This document shows positions 43,994 to 54,324 of a DNA stretch of 64,000 nt, piece after piece. The position numbers and the translations under genes are program-made. The DNA is taken from contig JBAZSH010000002.1 in NCBI GenBank assembly GCA_041662545.1, positions 2,239 through 66,238 on the forward strand, in the 5' to 3' direction. The DNA comes from Minisyncoccota bacterium. GTDB lineage: Bacteria > Patescibacteriota > Minisyncoccia > Phycocordibacterales > DSPV01. The notes beneath the pieces are model-generated. The model was not told where the DNA came from. It ran no database searches and saw only the letters and a list, made by a program, of their open reading frames with translations. How positions within the stretch are numbered: the first letter of the stretch is position 1; each line of letters begins with the position of its first letter.

Positions 43994-44491
43994 TCATCTA
44001 ATCTCTAATCCTCGTGAAAATTCTAAAGCTTGGTCCATAATTCTGTCGCCGATTGCGCCCCAGTCAAAATACTTTTTGTAATCACTCGGTTCAATTAGTT
44101 TTATTTTGGTAACATCTCCGTCCGGATCATTTTCAAATTTTCCAATTGGCTCAACAAAACATACCGATCTTGTTTGAGTCACAATCTCTTTCGGCTCAAA
44201 AACATCTTGATAACCGATGAGTTTTTGTTTGATGACTCGCATATTGGTTTCTTCTTTTACTTCCCGAATTACAGCATCTTCAATACTTTCACCTTTTTCT
44301 ACCGCGCCGCCCGGCGGCGTCCAGTAACCTTTTTTTTCCGAAAACACGACAACCAATTTGTCGCCGTAAAAACAAAAGGCGCTCACGCTGTCCACCTTCT
44401 TTCCATTTAGTTCCGCCAGCGATTTAATGTCGTGATAAATCACTGGGTACATCTGCCCCCGCAAATTTTTCAAAGTTGATTTGATTTCCAT
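43994..44491 (-). CDS. NUDIX hydrolase
   Basis: GGAVEKGESIEDAVIREVKEET. Confidence 0.9.
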   Translation of the reverse strand: MEIKSTLKNLRGQMYPVIYHDIKSLAELNGKKVDSVSAFCFYGDKLVVVFSEKKGYWTPPGGAVEKGESIEDAVIREVKEETNMRVIKQKLIGYQDVFEPKEIVTQTRSVCFVEPIGKFENDPDGDVTKIKLIEPSDYKKYFDWGAIGDRIMDQALEFSRGLEIR

Positions 44492-44933
44492 ATTTGTTTA
44501 TTAAATCTATCACAGTTTTGACGGCGGGCGAACGGTAGGGTGGGATGTCGGCAAGGAAAAACCACTTGGCTTCTTTTATCTCGTCATTGTCAATTTGATG
44601 AGTGAAATTTGGTGTTTCGGAAAAGTAACAATAGACCGTGTCTTTTTTGTATTGTCTGTTGGAATGAAATTCGCCGAGATATTTTAGCGTTGGAACCACC
44701 ACACCGACTTCTTCCAAGGTTTCGCGGCGGGCGGCGGCTTCTGGGGCTTCGCCTCTCTTAACGCCGCCGCCCGGAAAAGTCCAATGTTTTTTGCCGTAGG
44801 AATTACGAATCAGCAAAAACTTTCCCTCGCACCGCAAAATTACTTTTACGCCAAAAGTTTTTGGCCGAAAGACAAACCAATAGATTTTTCTCAGGGGATT
44901 AAAGAGATTGTAAAATATTTGTTTGAGAGTCAT
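44424..44933 (-). CDS. NUDIX hydrolase
   Basis: GGGVKRGEAPEAAARRETLEEVG. Confidence 0.9.
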   Translation of the reverse strand: MTLKQIFYNLFNPLRKIYWFVFRPKTFGVKVILRCEGKFLLIRNSYGKKHWTFPGGGVKRGEAPEAAARRETLEEVGVVVPTLKYLGEFHSNRQYKKDTVYCYFSETPNFTHQIDNDEIKEAKWFFLADIPPYRSPAVKTVIDLINKYGNQINFEKFAGADVPSDLSRH

Positions 44934-44935
44934 TT

Positions 44936-45237
44936 TTAATTCATCTTTAGTACCTTTTCATAAATTTCCTGGCCGGAAATTTTGAGATTATTTTCCTGAC
45001 GATATTTTTTGAGATGGAGAATTTCTTCGCGCTGTTCGGGTGTGATGTCGGCTTTAGTGATATCAAAATGTTCTCGGTCGAATTTTTCCTGCTCGGTCTT
45101 GCTTACTAACCAAATGTCAATTTTCCATTTTTCATCGGCAAACCAAATTTTTCCAAGACCGGAATCAGCCCAGATTTGGCCAATAACTCATCTGCCATTT
45201 TTTTGTATTTTTTGCTTTCCTCAAGAAGTGAGTTCAT
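44936..45237 (-). pseudogene. Disrupted hypothetical gene
   Basis: MNSLLEESKKYKKMADELL...LEKFG then a different frame gives EKWKIDIWLV...IYEKVLKMN*. Confidence 0.55.
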
Positions 45238-45303
45238 AAATCCAATCCTACCACCAACTGTTGAAAAATTGAAATTGGGGGGCAAAAGCTGTAAGCTTGT
45301 CTT

Positions 45304-46275
45304 ATGAAATTAAGTATAGGGATTGTCGGATTGCCGAATGTGGGGAAGTCCACGCTTTTCAATGCGCTGACGAAAAAAAGCGTGCCGGCGGAAAATTATC
45401 CGTTTTGTACCATTGACCCGTCAGTGGGCGTGGTGGCAGTGCCGGATCCGCGACTTCAACAATTATTAGAATTTTCCCATTCGGCAAAAACCGTGCCGGC
45501 GGCGGTGGAATTTGTGGACATTGCCGGTTTGGTTAAGGGTGCGGCGGAAGGGCAGGGGCTGGGCAATAAATTTTTGTCGCATATTCGCGAAGTGGATGCC
45601 ATTGCCGAAGTGGTGCGGATTTTTTCCGATGACAAAATTATTCATGTGGATAATAAAATTGATCCACTAAATGATATCGGCGTAATCAATTTGGAATTAG
45701 TGCTGGCGGATTTGGAAACCGTAACAAAACGATTGGCTTCAATTTTGAAAGATGTCAAGGCTCACAAGAAAGAGGCAATTTTGGAAGAAGGTTTGCTCCA
45801 GCGGGTGCGTAAAATTTTGGAGGAAGGAAAATTGGTAAACGGCATATCGTTGCACGACGATGAAAAACCAGTTTTGAAACAACTAAATTTATTGACCGTT
45901 AAACCGATTTTATATGTTTTAAATTCTTCGGAAGCCGGGGAAAATAACGAGACCGTTTTATCCAAAATTCCCGGCGCCTATGTGAAAGTGGATCCGGTTT
46001 TTGAAAAGGGTTTGGACGATTTGATTAAGAAAGGTTACGAAGTTTTAGATTTGATAACTTTTTTCACCACCGGCGAAGACGAAACGCGAGCTTGGACCAT
46101 CAAACGCGGTTCCACAGCGCCGGAAGCCGGCGCCGCCATTCATACTGATTTCCGAGACAAATTCATCAAAGCCGAAGTGATTGAATGGGAAAAGTTACTC
46201 GCAAAAGATCTGACGCGAACTGAGGGAAAAGGATATGTTGTGAAAGATGGGGATGTTATAGAGTTCAAAATATAA
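45304..46275 (+). CDS. ychF: Ribosome-binding ATPase YchF
   Basis: [44 protein letters not shown]. Confidence 0.96.
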   Translation: MKLSIGIVGLPNVGKSTLFNALTKKSVPAENYPFCTIDPSVGVVAVPDPRLQQLLEFSHSAKTVPAAVEFVDIAGLVKGAAEGQGLGNKFLSHIREVDAIAEVVRIFSDDKIIHVDNKIDPLNDIGVINLELVLADLETVTKRLASILKDVKAHKKEAILEEGLLQRVRKILEEGKLVNGISLHDDEKPVLKQLNLLTVKPILYVLNSSEAGENNETVLSKIPGAYVKVDPVFEKGLDDLIKKGYEVLDLITFFTTGEDETRAWTIKRGSTAPEAGAAIHTDFRDKFIKAEVIEWEKLLAKDLTRTEGKGYVVKDGDVIEFKI

Positions 46276-46278
46276 CGC

Positions 46279-46303
46279 AAAATCCGCCGATGAGGCGGAT
46301 TTT
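46279..46303. terminator. Bidirectional terminator between ychF and rnpB
   Basis: AAAATCCGCC-GATGA-GGCGGATTTT. Confidence 0.7.
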
Positions 46304-46316
46304 AGCGATCTACATC

Positions 46317-46617
46317 TCGCGTCTATAAGCCGAATTCTGTATTCCGATTTTTACATCGGAACGATGGCCATTTATCTAGCCCCGATGTTGCCAGCGGGGT
46401 CAAGCGGCACTTCCCCCGCCGAGGCGGGGGACACGGCCTTGCAGCCAGGTAAGGATTTAGCACGTTTCAGCCGGACTTAACCGGGTCGTTTCTGTTCGCA
46501 CCTCGTGGATTACTCCAGACGGGCGTTACCCGCTACCCTTTTATCTCCCGCTTAGCGGGAGAAGCAGTTCGGACTTTCCTCTCTCCGCCTAAGGCGGAGA
46601 GCAGCCATCCAACGCGA
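46317..46617 (-). ncRNA. rnpB: RNase P RNA (compact, about 300 nt)
   Basis: Minus strand GAGGAAAGTCCG near the 5' end, ACAGAATTCGGCTTATAG near the 3' end, P1 TCGCGT/ACGCGA. Confidence 0.95.
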
Positions 46618-46689
46618 AACTATCAATAACCTACCACAAAAAACAAGAATGCGCTATACTTCAACTAATTAAAAGTTAACTAAAAAACT

Positions 46690-47655
46690 ATGGACAAAAT
46701 CAAAACGACTCCAAAAGATTTCTTTTTGCAACTTGGTGTGATGGTGACGCTTTATGTTTCGGTTATTAGTTTAATCAATCTTTTGTTTCAAACGATTAAT
46801 TATGCTTTTCCCGACGCACTGGCTTATTATGGCGACCCGTATTCCAGCGGCATTCGGATTGCTATTGCTTCGCTACTCATCATCTTTCCACTTTTTATTG
46901 TCCTCTCTTATTTTGCCGGGAAAGATATGCGCCAGACACCAGAGAAACGCGAACTACCAGTTCGAAAATGGCTGATTTACCTGACCTTGTTCGTTGCTGG
47001 TGTCGCGGCAGTAATTGATCTGATTGTGCTTATCAACACTTTCCTCGGGGGGGAAATTACTACTCGCTTTTCACTTAAAGTGCTGGTGGTGTTGGTAGTG
47101 GCTGGCGGTGTTTTTGGTTACTTTATATATGATTTGAAAAAGGCGAATGCCCTAGCGCGACAGGATAAACTTTTCGCTTGGCTGGCGGCAATCGTGGTGC
47201 TCGTGTCTATCATTGGCGGTTTTCTTATTATGGGTACACCAGGTGAAGCGCGTGCTCAGCGATTTGATGATCAGCGTGTTTCCGACTTACAAAACATCCA
47301 ATGGCAAATGGTAAATTTTTGGCAACTAAAACAAAAACTACCAGCGACACTCGCCGAACTTGAAGACCCGATTTCTGGTTTTAGAATTCCAGTTGATCCC
47401 GACACCAATACAACTTATGAATATTCTGTAACTGGCCAAACCTCTTTCAGTTTGTGCGCGACATTTTCACGCGATAATGTGGGTGAAGTAGCGAAGCTTA
47501 CCGGCCGCACGATAGCGCCAGTGTCAGTACCAGAAACATTACCTGTTAAGATTGGTGGCCTAGCTGATAATTGGGAACACGCTGCCGGCAAAGTTTGCTT
47601 TACTCGCACCATTGATCCAGAAAAATATCCCCCCATCAAGCAAATAAAATATTAG
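46690..47655 (+). CDS. DUF5671-like membrane protein with C-terminal pilin-like segment
   Basis: PKDFFLQLG, RKWLIYLTLF, R..RFDDQRVSDL, DPDT..YEY, SLCATF. Confidence 0.7.
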   Translation: MDKIKTTPKDFFLQLGVMVTLYVSVISLINLLFQTINYAFPDALAYYGDPYSSGIRIAIASLLIIFPLFIVLSYFAGKDMRQTPEKRELPVRKWLIYLTLFVAGVAAVIDLIVLINTFLGGEITTRFSLKVLVVLVVAGGVFGYFIYDLKKANALARQDKLFAWLAAIVVLVSIIGGFLIMGTPGEARAQRFDDQRVSDLQNIQWQMVNFWQLKQKLPATLAELEDPISGFRIPVDPDTNTTYEYSVTGQTSFSLCATFSRDNVGEVAKLTGRTIAPVSVPETLPVKIGGLADNWEHAAGKVCFTRTIDPEKYPPIKQIKY

Positions 47656-47661
47656 AAACTT

Positions 47662-50046
47662 ATGAAGCAGTACGACCACAAGAAGATAGAAAAGAAGTGG
47701 CAGAAGTTTTGGGAAAAAGAAAAACTCTGGCAGGCCAAAGACAAAGACAAAAAACCGAAATTTTACGGCTTAATTGAGTTTCCTTATCCTTCTGGTGAGG
47801 GTCTTCATGTTGGCCACATTCGTTCCAATACAGCCATGGATATCATTTGTCGCAAACGCTGGATGGAAGGTTTTAATGTGCTTTATCCGATTGGCTGGGA
47901 TGCCTTCGGTTTGCCTACCGAAAATTATGCTATAAAAACCGGAATTCATCCGATTAAAGTTACCAAACAAAATACTGACACTTTTCGCCGTCAGTTAAAA
48001 GAACTTGGTTTTTCTTTTGATTGGTCACGAGAAATAAATACCACTGATCCGAAATATTATAAATGGACACAGTGGATTTTCTTGCAACTCTATAAGCACG
48101 GCTTGGCCTATAAAAAAAAGATGCCGATAAATTGGTGTCCGAAAGACAAAATCGGTTTGGCAAACGAAGAAGTGGTTGATGGCTGTTGCGAACGCTGCGG
48201 AACGCCGGTGGAAAAACGCGAAAAAGAGCAATGGATGCTCGCCATCACAAAGTATGCCGACCGATTAGATAAAGATTTGGATTTAGTGGACTTTTTGGAA
48301 AAAATAAAAATTCAACAGAGAAATTGGATAGGTAAAAGCGAGGGAGCGGAAATAGAATTTGGAATCAAGAATCAAGAATCAAAAATAAAAGTATTCACCA
48401 CAAGAGCCGACACACTTTTTGGAGCGACATACTTAGTGCTCGCGCCCGAACATAAGTTATTAATGAATAATGAATTAGGAATTAGGAATTATGGTGAAGT
48501 CAAAAAATACATTGAGACAGCGCAAAACAAAACAGAAATAGAAAGAACGGCGGAAGGCAAAGAAAAAACTGGAGTAAAACTTGACGGAGTGACAGCCATC
48601 AATCCAGCGAATAATGAAGAAATTCCAATTTTTGTAGCTGACTATGTTTTACCTGATTACGGTACCGGCGCCATTATGGCCGTGCCGGCGCACGATGAAC
48701 GGGATTTTGCTTTCGCGAAAAAATATAATTTACTGATAAAAGAAGTTATTACTGGTGGTAATGTTTCAGAAACAGCTTATATTGGGGAAGGCAAATTATT
48801 AAACTCCGGAAAGTTTGATGGAATGGAGAGTAAAGAAGCGGCGAAAGCGATTACGGAATTTGTTGGTGGAAAAATTACTACCAAATTCAAACTTCGCGAC
48901 TGGATTTTTTCCCGCCAACATTATTGGGGCGAGCCGATTCCAGTGGTGTTTTGCGAAAAGTGTGGAGTAGTTACTGTGCCAGAAAAAGATTTGCCAGTAA
49001 AGTTACCAATGGTAGAAAAATACCAACCGACCGATACGGGGGAATCGCCATTGGCAGCGATTACAAAATGGGTAAATGTAAAATGCCCGAAATGTGGTGG
49101 TCCAGCGAAACGCGAAACCGATACCATGCCCAATTGGGCCGGCAGTTCCTGGTATTACTTGCGCTATATTGATCCTAAAAATTCCAAAGAATTTGCCGAC
49201 CGGAAAAAATTGGATTATTGGACTCCGGTGGATTGGTATAACGGTGGAATGGAACACACAACCCTTCACCTTTTGTATTCCCGATTTTGGCACAAGTTTC
49301 TGTTTGATCTCGGTTTAGTGCCGACTTCTGAACCATACAAAAAACGCACTTCGCACGGACTGATTCTGGCTGAAGGTGGGGTAAAAATGTCAAAGTCAAA
49401 AGGTAATGTTATCAATCCGGATGATTTGGTAAAACGCTTTGGCGCCGACGCTTTGCGCATTTACGAAATGTTTATGGGGCCGTTTGATCAAGCAATTGCA
49501 TGGAACACCGACGGCCTAGTAGGTACGCGACGATTTTTGGAAAAGGTGTGGAGAATTGGACAGAAACCAACAACTGAAAACCGACAACTTATCACCTTAC
49601 TTCACCAAACAATTAAGAAAGTTACCGAAGATATTGAAACAATGCGGTTTAACACGGCGATTTCAGCACTGATGATTTTAACCAACGAAATGGACAAATT
49701 GGAAAAAGTGGCGAAAGAGGATTTTGAAATTTTACTCCGCTTGTTGGCACCATTCGCACCGCATATTACTGAAGAGCTTTGGCACGAGCTCGGACATAGG
49801 GATTCTATCCACCTCGCTATCTGGCCCAAACATGATGTCGACAAAATTCAAGCAAGCAGTGTCAAAATTGTTATTCAAGTGAATGGAAAAACGCGCGGGA
49901 CCCTTGAAATAGGCCGTAATTTGACACAAACTGAAATTGAAAAACAAGCCGCTGACCTACCCGAAATTGCCAAATGGTTAGTCGGCAAGAGTGTTAAAAA
50001 AATTATTTTTGTTCCCACTCGGTTGCTTAATTTTGTTGTCGCTTGA
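47662..50046 (+). CDS. leuS: Leucine--tRNA ligase
   Basis: FPYPSGEGLHVGH, GWDAFGLP, KMSKS. Confidence 0.97.
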   Translation: MKQYDHKKIEKKWQKFWEKEKLWQAKDKDKKPKFYGLIEFPYPSGEGLHVGHIRSNTAMDIICRKRWMEGFNVLYPIGWDAFGLPTENYAIKTGIHPIKVTKQNTDTFRRQLKELGFSFDWSREINTTDPKYYKWTQWIFLQLYKHGLAYKKKMPINWCPKDKIGLANEEVVDGCCERCGTPVEKREKEQWMLAITKYADRLDKDLDLVDFLEKIKIQQRNWIGKSEGAEIEFGIKNQESKIKVFTTRADTLFGATYLVLAPEHKLLMNNELGIRNYGEVKKYIETAQNKTEIERTAEGKEKTGVKLDGVTAINPANNEEIPIFVADYVLPDYGTGAIMAVPAHDERDFAFAKKYNLLIKEVITGGNVSETAYIGEGKLLNSGKFDGMESKEAAKAITEFVGGKITTKFKLRDWIFSRQHYWGEPIPVVFCEKCGVVTVPEKDLPVKLPMVEKYQPTDTGESPLAAITKWVNVKCPKCGGPAKRETDTMPNWAGSSWYYLRYIDPKNSKEFADRKKLDYWTPVDWYNGGMEHTTLHLLYSRFWHKFLFDLGLVPTSEPYKKRTSHGLILAEGGVKMSKSKGNVINPDDLVKRFGADALRIYEMFMGPFDQAIAWNTDGLVGTRRFLEKVWRIGQKPTTENRQLITLLHQTIKKVTEDIETMRFNTAISALMILTNEMDKLEKVAKEDFEILLRLLAPFAPHITEELWHELGHRDSIHLAIWPKHDVDKIQASSVKIVIQVNGKTRGTLEIGRNLTQTEIEKQAADLPEIAKWLVGKSVKKIIFVPTRLLNFVVA

Positions 50047-50120
50047 CTTAAAAACTCAATGATGATAATACTATGTCATTAAAGTCATTAAAAACAGAGT
50101 TTTAGTTGATTAAAAATAAC

Positions 50121-51173
50121 ATGGCGACTAATACAAATTTGAATTTCAAACCCAAACAAATCACCAAGCGATTGCTGGCGGTTTTACCGACTCGTGCTCG
50201 CGATGTTATTTCCTGCCGATTTGGGCTAGGTGATAATCCAGAACGAATGACTTTGGAATCCATCGGTAAAAAATATGGCATTACCAGAGAGCGCGTTCGT
50301 CAGATTGAAAATTATGCCATTGGTAATATTAGAAAAGCCGATCAATTTGCCAAAGAGAAACCCTCCTTTGATGACTTGGAAAAAATGATTCACAAATTGG
50401 GTGGTATCGTTTCTGAAGAAGTTTTGCTTAATCACATTGCCAAAGATAAGAGCACTCAGAATCATACCAGTTTTCTTTTGGTTTTGGGCGATCCTTTTAA
50501 AAGAGAAAAAGAAGATGACGAATTTCATCACCGTTGGTATGTGGATAAAAGTTTGTCCGAAAAAGTCCACGAATCATTGCGTAAGCTTTACAAAAATATT
50601 GGCGACGATGATTTGGTACCAGAGGCGGAAATTGTTGCTTCCTTTTTGGAACATACTAAGGATGTTTCCGAACAATATAAAAATGAAGAAATTGCCAAAC
50701 GCTGGCTTTCTATCTCTAAAAATATCGGCAAAAATCCTTTGGGCGAATGGGGCAAGACCAGTTCGTCAAACATTAGCGCCAAGGGTGTCCGCGATTACGC
50801 CTTTTTGGTAATTCGCCGCCACGGTTCGCCGATTCACTTCAAAGAAGTAGCTAAAGCGATTGAGAAACTTTTTGGCCGCAAAGCTCATGTGGCCACCACC
50901 CATAATGAATTGATTAAAGACAAACGGTTTGTTTTGGTGGGTCGTGGACTTTATGCTTTGACCGAGTGGGGCTATGTGCCGGGCGTGGTTAAAGATGTGA
51001 TTCGTTATGTTTTGAGTAAAAACGGTCCACTAAGCAAGGAACAAATAATTGAAAAGGTTTTGAAAGAACGCTATGTCAAAGAAAACACCATTCTTGTTAA
51101 TCTTCAAAATCCTAAATATTTCAAGCGCGACAGAGATGGCAAATATGCCGCTGTCCCCCAGTTGGAGAAATAA
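50121..51173 (+). CDS. Sigma-70 region 4-like plus HARE-type HTH protein
   Basis: RFGL...TLESIGKKYGITRERVRQIE; HNELIKDKRFVLVGRGLYAL. Confidence 0.75.
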   Translation: MATNTNLNFKPKQITKRLLAVLPTRARDVISCRFGLGDNPERMTLESIGKKYGITRERVRQIENYAIGNIRKADQFAKEKPSFDDLEKMIHKLGGIVSEEVLLNHIAKDKSTQNHTSFLLVLGDPFKREKEDDEFHHRWYVDKSLSEKVHESLRKLYKNIGDDDLVPEAEIVASFLEHTKDVSEQYKNEEIAKRWLSISKNIGKNPLGEWGKTSSSNISAKGVRDYAFLVIRRHGSPIHFKEVAKAIEKLFGRKAHVATTHNELIKDKRFVLVGRGLYALTEWGYVPGVVKDVIRYVLSKNGPLSKEQIIEKVLKERYVKENTILVNLQNPKYFKRDRDGKYAAVPQLEK

Positions 51174-51212
51174 ATTTTTGGTATTGTAAGTTGGATATTG
51201 TATAATATCCAG

Positions 51213-52460
51213 ATGATCAAGGATTTGTTTGTTCAGTTCTACGGCCAGACGGGATTACAGGTAATTTCCTTTATTGTTAGTAGCGCAATCTATTGGTTGC
51301 CGCCAGTTTTGGCTTATGTGCTTTTGAAGGCCTGGACTTCTTATGTTCGATTGGATTATCTCTACAACGAGAAATATCTTTTGTTGGAAATAAAATTACC
51401 ACGGGAATTGACCAAGTCGCCGCAGGCGATGGAGATTTTTTTCTCCTCACTTTTTTACGAAGGCGGCGAGTCCACTTTTATTGATCGAGGTTGGGCTGGT
51501 AAAACTCGTCCGTGGTGGTCCTTGGAATTGGTGTCGTTGGAGGGCCAGGTTCACTTTTACATTTGGACACGAGCATTTTTCAAAAACATGATTCAGGCGC
51601 AGATTTACGCTCAATATCCGTCAGTAGAGATTCATGAAGCTGATGATTATACTCGAGGTGTTTATTATAACAACAAGACAATGTCAATGTGGGGTTGTTA
51701 TTTTCGTAAAGATCCTAAAAAACCTTATGCCTATCCGATAAAAACTTATATTGATTACGGTCTTGATAAAACCAGTGTGGAAGAAGAAGAAAAAATTGAC
51801 CCGATGGCGGCGGTCTTGGAATATTTAAGTTCCGTCGGTAAAGGCGAACAGATTTGGCTTCAGATTATTGTTCGGGCGCATCGCAAAGAGCGACCAATTC
51901 CCGATTTAGTGTTTAACAAAACTGACTGGAAAGATGCCGCCAAGATAGAAATTGATAAATTAATGAAACGCGATAAAAAACCAAAGAAAGGTGAAAAAGA
52001 AACAATAAACTTCGGTGAATTTTTATTAACCAAGGGCGAAAGGTCTTTGGTGGAAGCGATGGAGCGCAACACTAGCAAATTGCCGTTTGACTGTGGTATT
52101 CGCGGTATGTATATAGCAAAAAATGAGAACTTCAATGCCATTGCCATTCCCGGTTTGATCGGTAGTTTTCGCCAATACAGTGCCAGGGATTTGAATGCCA
52201 TAGCTTTTTATGATTGGACCGATTATGATTATCCATGGCAGGATTTTCGCAATATGCGCAAAGATTATATGAAGAGGAAAATTCTCGCCGCCTATAAAGA
52301 ACGGTCTTTTTTCCATCTACCTTACAAGAAAAAGCCTTTCGTTTTGAGTAGCGAGGAATTGGCGACGATTTTCCATTTGCCGGGTAAGGCGGTTGAGACA
52401 CCTTCACTAAATCGGGTAGTTTCCCGCAAGGCCGAAGCACCCGCCAACTTGCCGGTATGA
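51213..52460 (+). CDS. Conserved hypothetical protein resembling N-terminal part of CPR VirD4/TraG-like proteins
   Basis: LLEIKLP, SLELVS, IYAQYP, YPIKTY, LSSEELATIFHLP. Confidence 0.55.
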   Translation: MIKDLFVQFYGQTGLQVISFIVSSAIYWLPPVLAYVLLKAWTSYVRLDYLYNEKYLLLEIKLPRELTKSPQAMEIFFSSLFYEGGESTFIDRGWAGKTRPWWSLELVSLEGQVHFYIWTRAFFKNMIQAQIYAQYPSVEIHEADDYTRGVYYNNKTMSMWGCYFRKDPKKPYAYPIKTYIDYGLDKTSVEEEEKIDPMAAVLEYLSSVGKGEQIWLQIIVRAHRKERPIPDLVFNKTDWKDAAKIEIDKLMKRDKKPKKGEKETINFGEFLLTKGERSLVEAMERNTSKLPFDCGIRGMYIAKNENFNAIAIPGLIGSFRQYSARDLNAIAFYDWTDYDYPWQDFRNMRKDYMKRKILAAYKERSFFHLPYKKKPFVLSSEELATIFHLPGKAVETPSLNRVVSRKAEAPANLPV

Positions 52461-53413
52461 ATTTTAAAAAGTATTTTTCCGATTGGCGTTGTTTACTAGC
52501 AATTTTTATTTTGCTTGGTTTTGCTAATTATTTTTTCTTTAATTATCCGGCAAATTTTCCAAAAAACACTTTATTGTCAGTGGAAAAAGGTGTAACCATC
52601 AGACAAACCGCTAATTTTTTGGAGCAAAATAATTTTATCACTTCGCCTTTTTGGTTTATCGCTTTTAATCGGATGTTGAGTGGTGGTCATGGAGTTTTGG
52701 CTGGCGATTATTTTTTTGGTAAGCCACAGAATTTATTTACTATAAGCCGACGATTATCGAGAGGTGATTTTGGTTTGACGCCGGTAGTGGTTTTTATTCC
52801 CGAAGGCAGTTCTGTCAAAGAAATTGCCGCAATTTTGGATAAGGTTTTACCATCTTTTGATGAGGCAGAATTTATTAAAAAAGCTGAAGATAAGGAGGGT
52901 TATCTTTTTCCTGATACTTATAATTTTTCACCTAATATCAAACCGCTCGCGGTCATTGAAGCGATGGAGAAAAATTTTAATGAAAAAATTGTTTCTCTTG
53001 AAGAAAAGATTTCTGCTTTTGGTCGGCCATTAAAGGAAGTGATTATTATGGCCTCGTTGTTGGAAGAAGAAGCTCGCAAGCTGGAAACAAAACAAATGAT
53101 CTCCGGTATTCTTTGGAAGAGGATAGAAATAGGTATGCCGTTGCAAGTGGATGCTAGTTTTCAGTATGTGAATGGCAAGAATTCTTTTAATTTAACAACC
53201 GAAGATTTAGCCACCGATTCGCCTTACAATACTTACACTCGCAAGGGTTTGCCCCCCGGTCCAATTACCAATCCCGGTTTGGATTCCATCTTGGCCGCCG
53301 TAACGCCAACCGAAAGTCAGTATCTTTATTTTTTAACCGACAAAGATGGCGTAATGCATTACGCTGTTACTCATGATCAACATGTGGCAAATAAAACTAA
53401 GTATTTGAGGTAG
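52457..53413 (+). CDS. mltG: Endolytic transglycosylase MltG
   Basis: EGYLFPDTY, ASLLEEE, LQVDA, SPYNTY..GLPPGPI.NPG. Confidence 0.93.
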   Translation: MNFKKYFSDWRCLLAIFILLGFANYFFFNYPANFPKNTLLSVEKGVTIRQTANFLEQNNFITSPFWFIAFNRMLSGGHGVLAGDYFFGKPQNLFTISRRLSRGDFGLTPVVVFIPEGSSVKEIAAILDKVLPSFDEAEFIKKAEDKEGYLFPDTYNFSPNIKPLAVIEAMEKNFNEKIVSLEEKISAFGRPLKEVIIMASLLEEEARKLETKQMISGILWKRIEIGMPLQVDASFQYVNGKNSFNLTTEDLATDSPYNTYTRKGLPPGPITNPGLDSILAAVTPTESQYLYFLTDKDGVMHYAVTHDQHVANKTKYLR

Positions 53414-53431
53414 CAAATTTTGCTAAAAGAT

Positions 53432-53809
53432 TTATTTTGGCAACGGACACCCAGATTCTTGGGACAATTTTTCTAAAGTTTGCAAACCAACGAGCCGATG
53501 GCCATCGGGGAACAGCCAGGTTGGCGTGGCTTCAATTTTATCAATGGTACATTTCTCGGGTTTTTCGCCACAGTCTACATAAGGTACAAGGCGGAAAGAA
53601 TCACCGAAGATTGCTTCTTGTTTCTGACAATAAACACACCAAGCAGTGCCATACATAGTTATTTCTTTGTTGGCAAGGCATTGAGCGAATTCATCTACAT
53701 TAACTGTTGCTATCACATTTTTCTTATTAAAAACAAAAAATGCGGCGGTTAGCACTAATGCTCCGAGCACGATAGCCCCCAAAATTTTTATAGAATTATT
53801 GTCTTGCAT
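53432..53809 (-). CDS. Exported thioredoxin-fold protein
   Basis: N-terminal TM, MYGTAWCVYC, TPTW. Confidence 0.8.
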   Translation of the reverse strand: MQDNNSIKILGAIVLGALVLTAAFFVFNKKNVIATVNVDEFAQCLANKEITMYGTAWCVYCQKQEAIFGDSFRLVPYVDCGEKPEKCTIDKIEATPTWLFPDGHRLVGLQTLEKLSQESGCPLPK

Positions 53810-54316
53810 TTATTCGTCGCAACAATTAACCAATTTTTCCACAATATCCTGCGATGTCCAAGGTTTTTCACTAGCGGCAATACTTTTAAACTTATCCGCA
53901 TCAACCAGTTTTAAGCGCACTGCCCAGAATAATGAATATAACTGATAGGCTCGGTCAAACATTTCTTTGGCCTCGGTTTTTTTGCCGTCACCTTGTAATT
54001 TAGTACCGACTTCCATCAGGCGCATTGAAGCCGCCAATAAGTGTTTGCTAATACACCAAGTTTCGCCAAGATGCCGGTCAATCAGTTTGGCCAGCATTTC
54101 TTTACGGATTTCTCGTACTTGATTGATGAAATCAAAATATTCTTCGTTGCCGGTTTTTTCGCTGGTGAAGAAAAAGTGTTCCTCCAAGCTGATCAGATTC
54201 ATTATGGCAATGCTCAAATCTTCTTCCGAAGAAAGATCAATGGCTCCACCTTTTTTTAATTCCTCAACTTTTTTCAAAACATCTTCAAGTTTGTAAGTTG
54301 GCGATTTTGTTTCCAT
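53810..54316 (-). CDS. Conserved hypothetical protein
   Basis: MNLISLEEH, WCISKHLL, C-terminal NCCDE; start moved to ATG 54316. Confidence 0.65.
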   Translation of the reverse strand: METKSPTYKLEDVLKKVEELKKGGAIDLSSEEDLSIAIMNLISLEEHFFFTSEKTGNEEYFDFINQVREIRKEMLAKLIDRHLGETWCISKHLLAASMRLMEVGTKLQGDGKKTEAKEMFDRAYQLYSLFWAVRLKLVDADKFKSIAASEKPWTSQDIVEKLVNCCDE

Positions 54317-54324
54317 TTTATTTT

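Noticed and set aside
45304-46275. ychF as a pseudogene because it is short
   Set aside because: Frame and key motifs intact; small deletions fit genome streamlining
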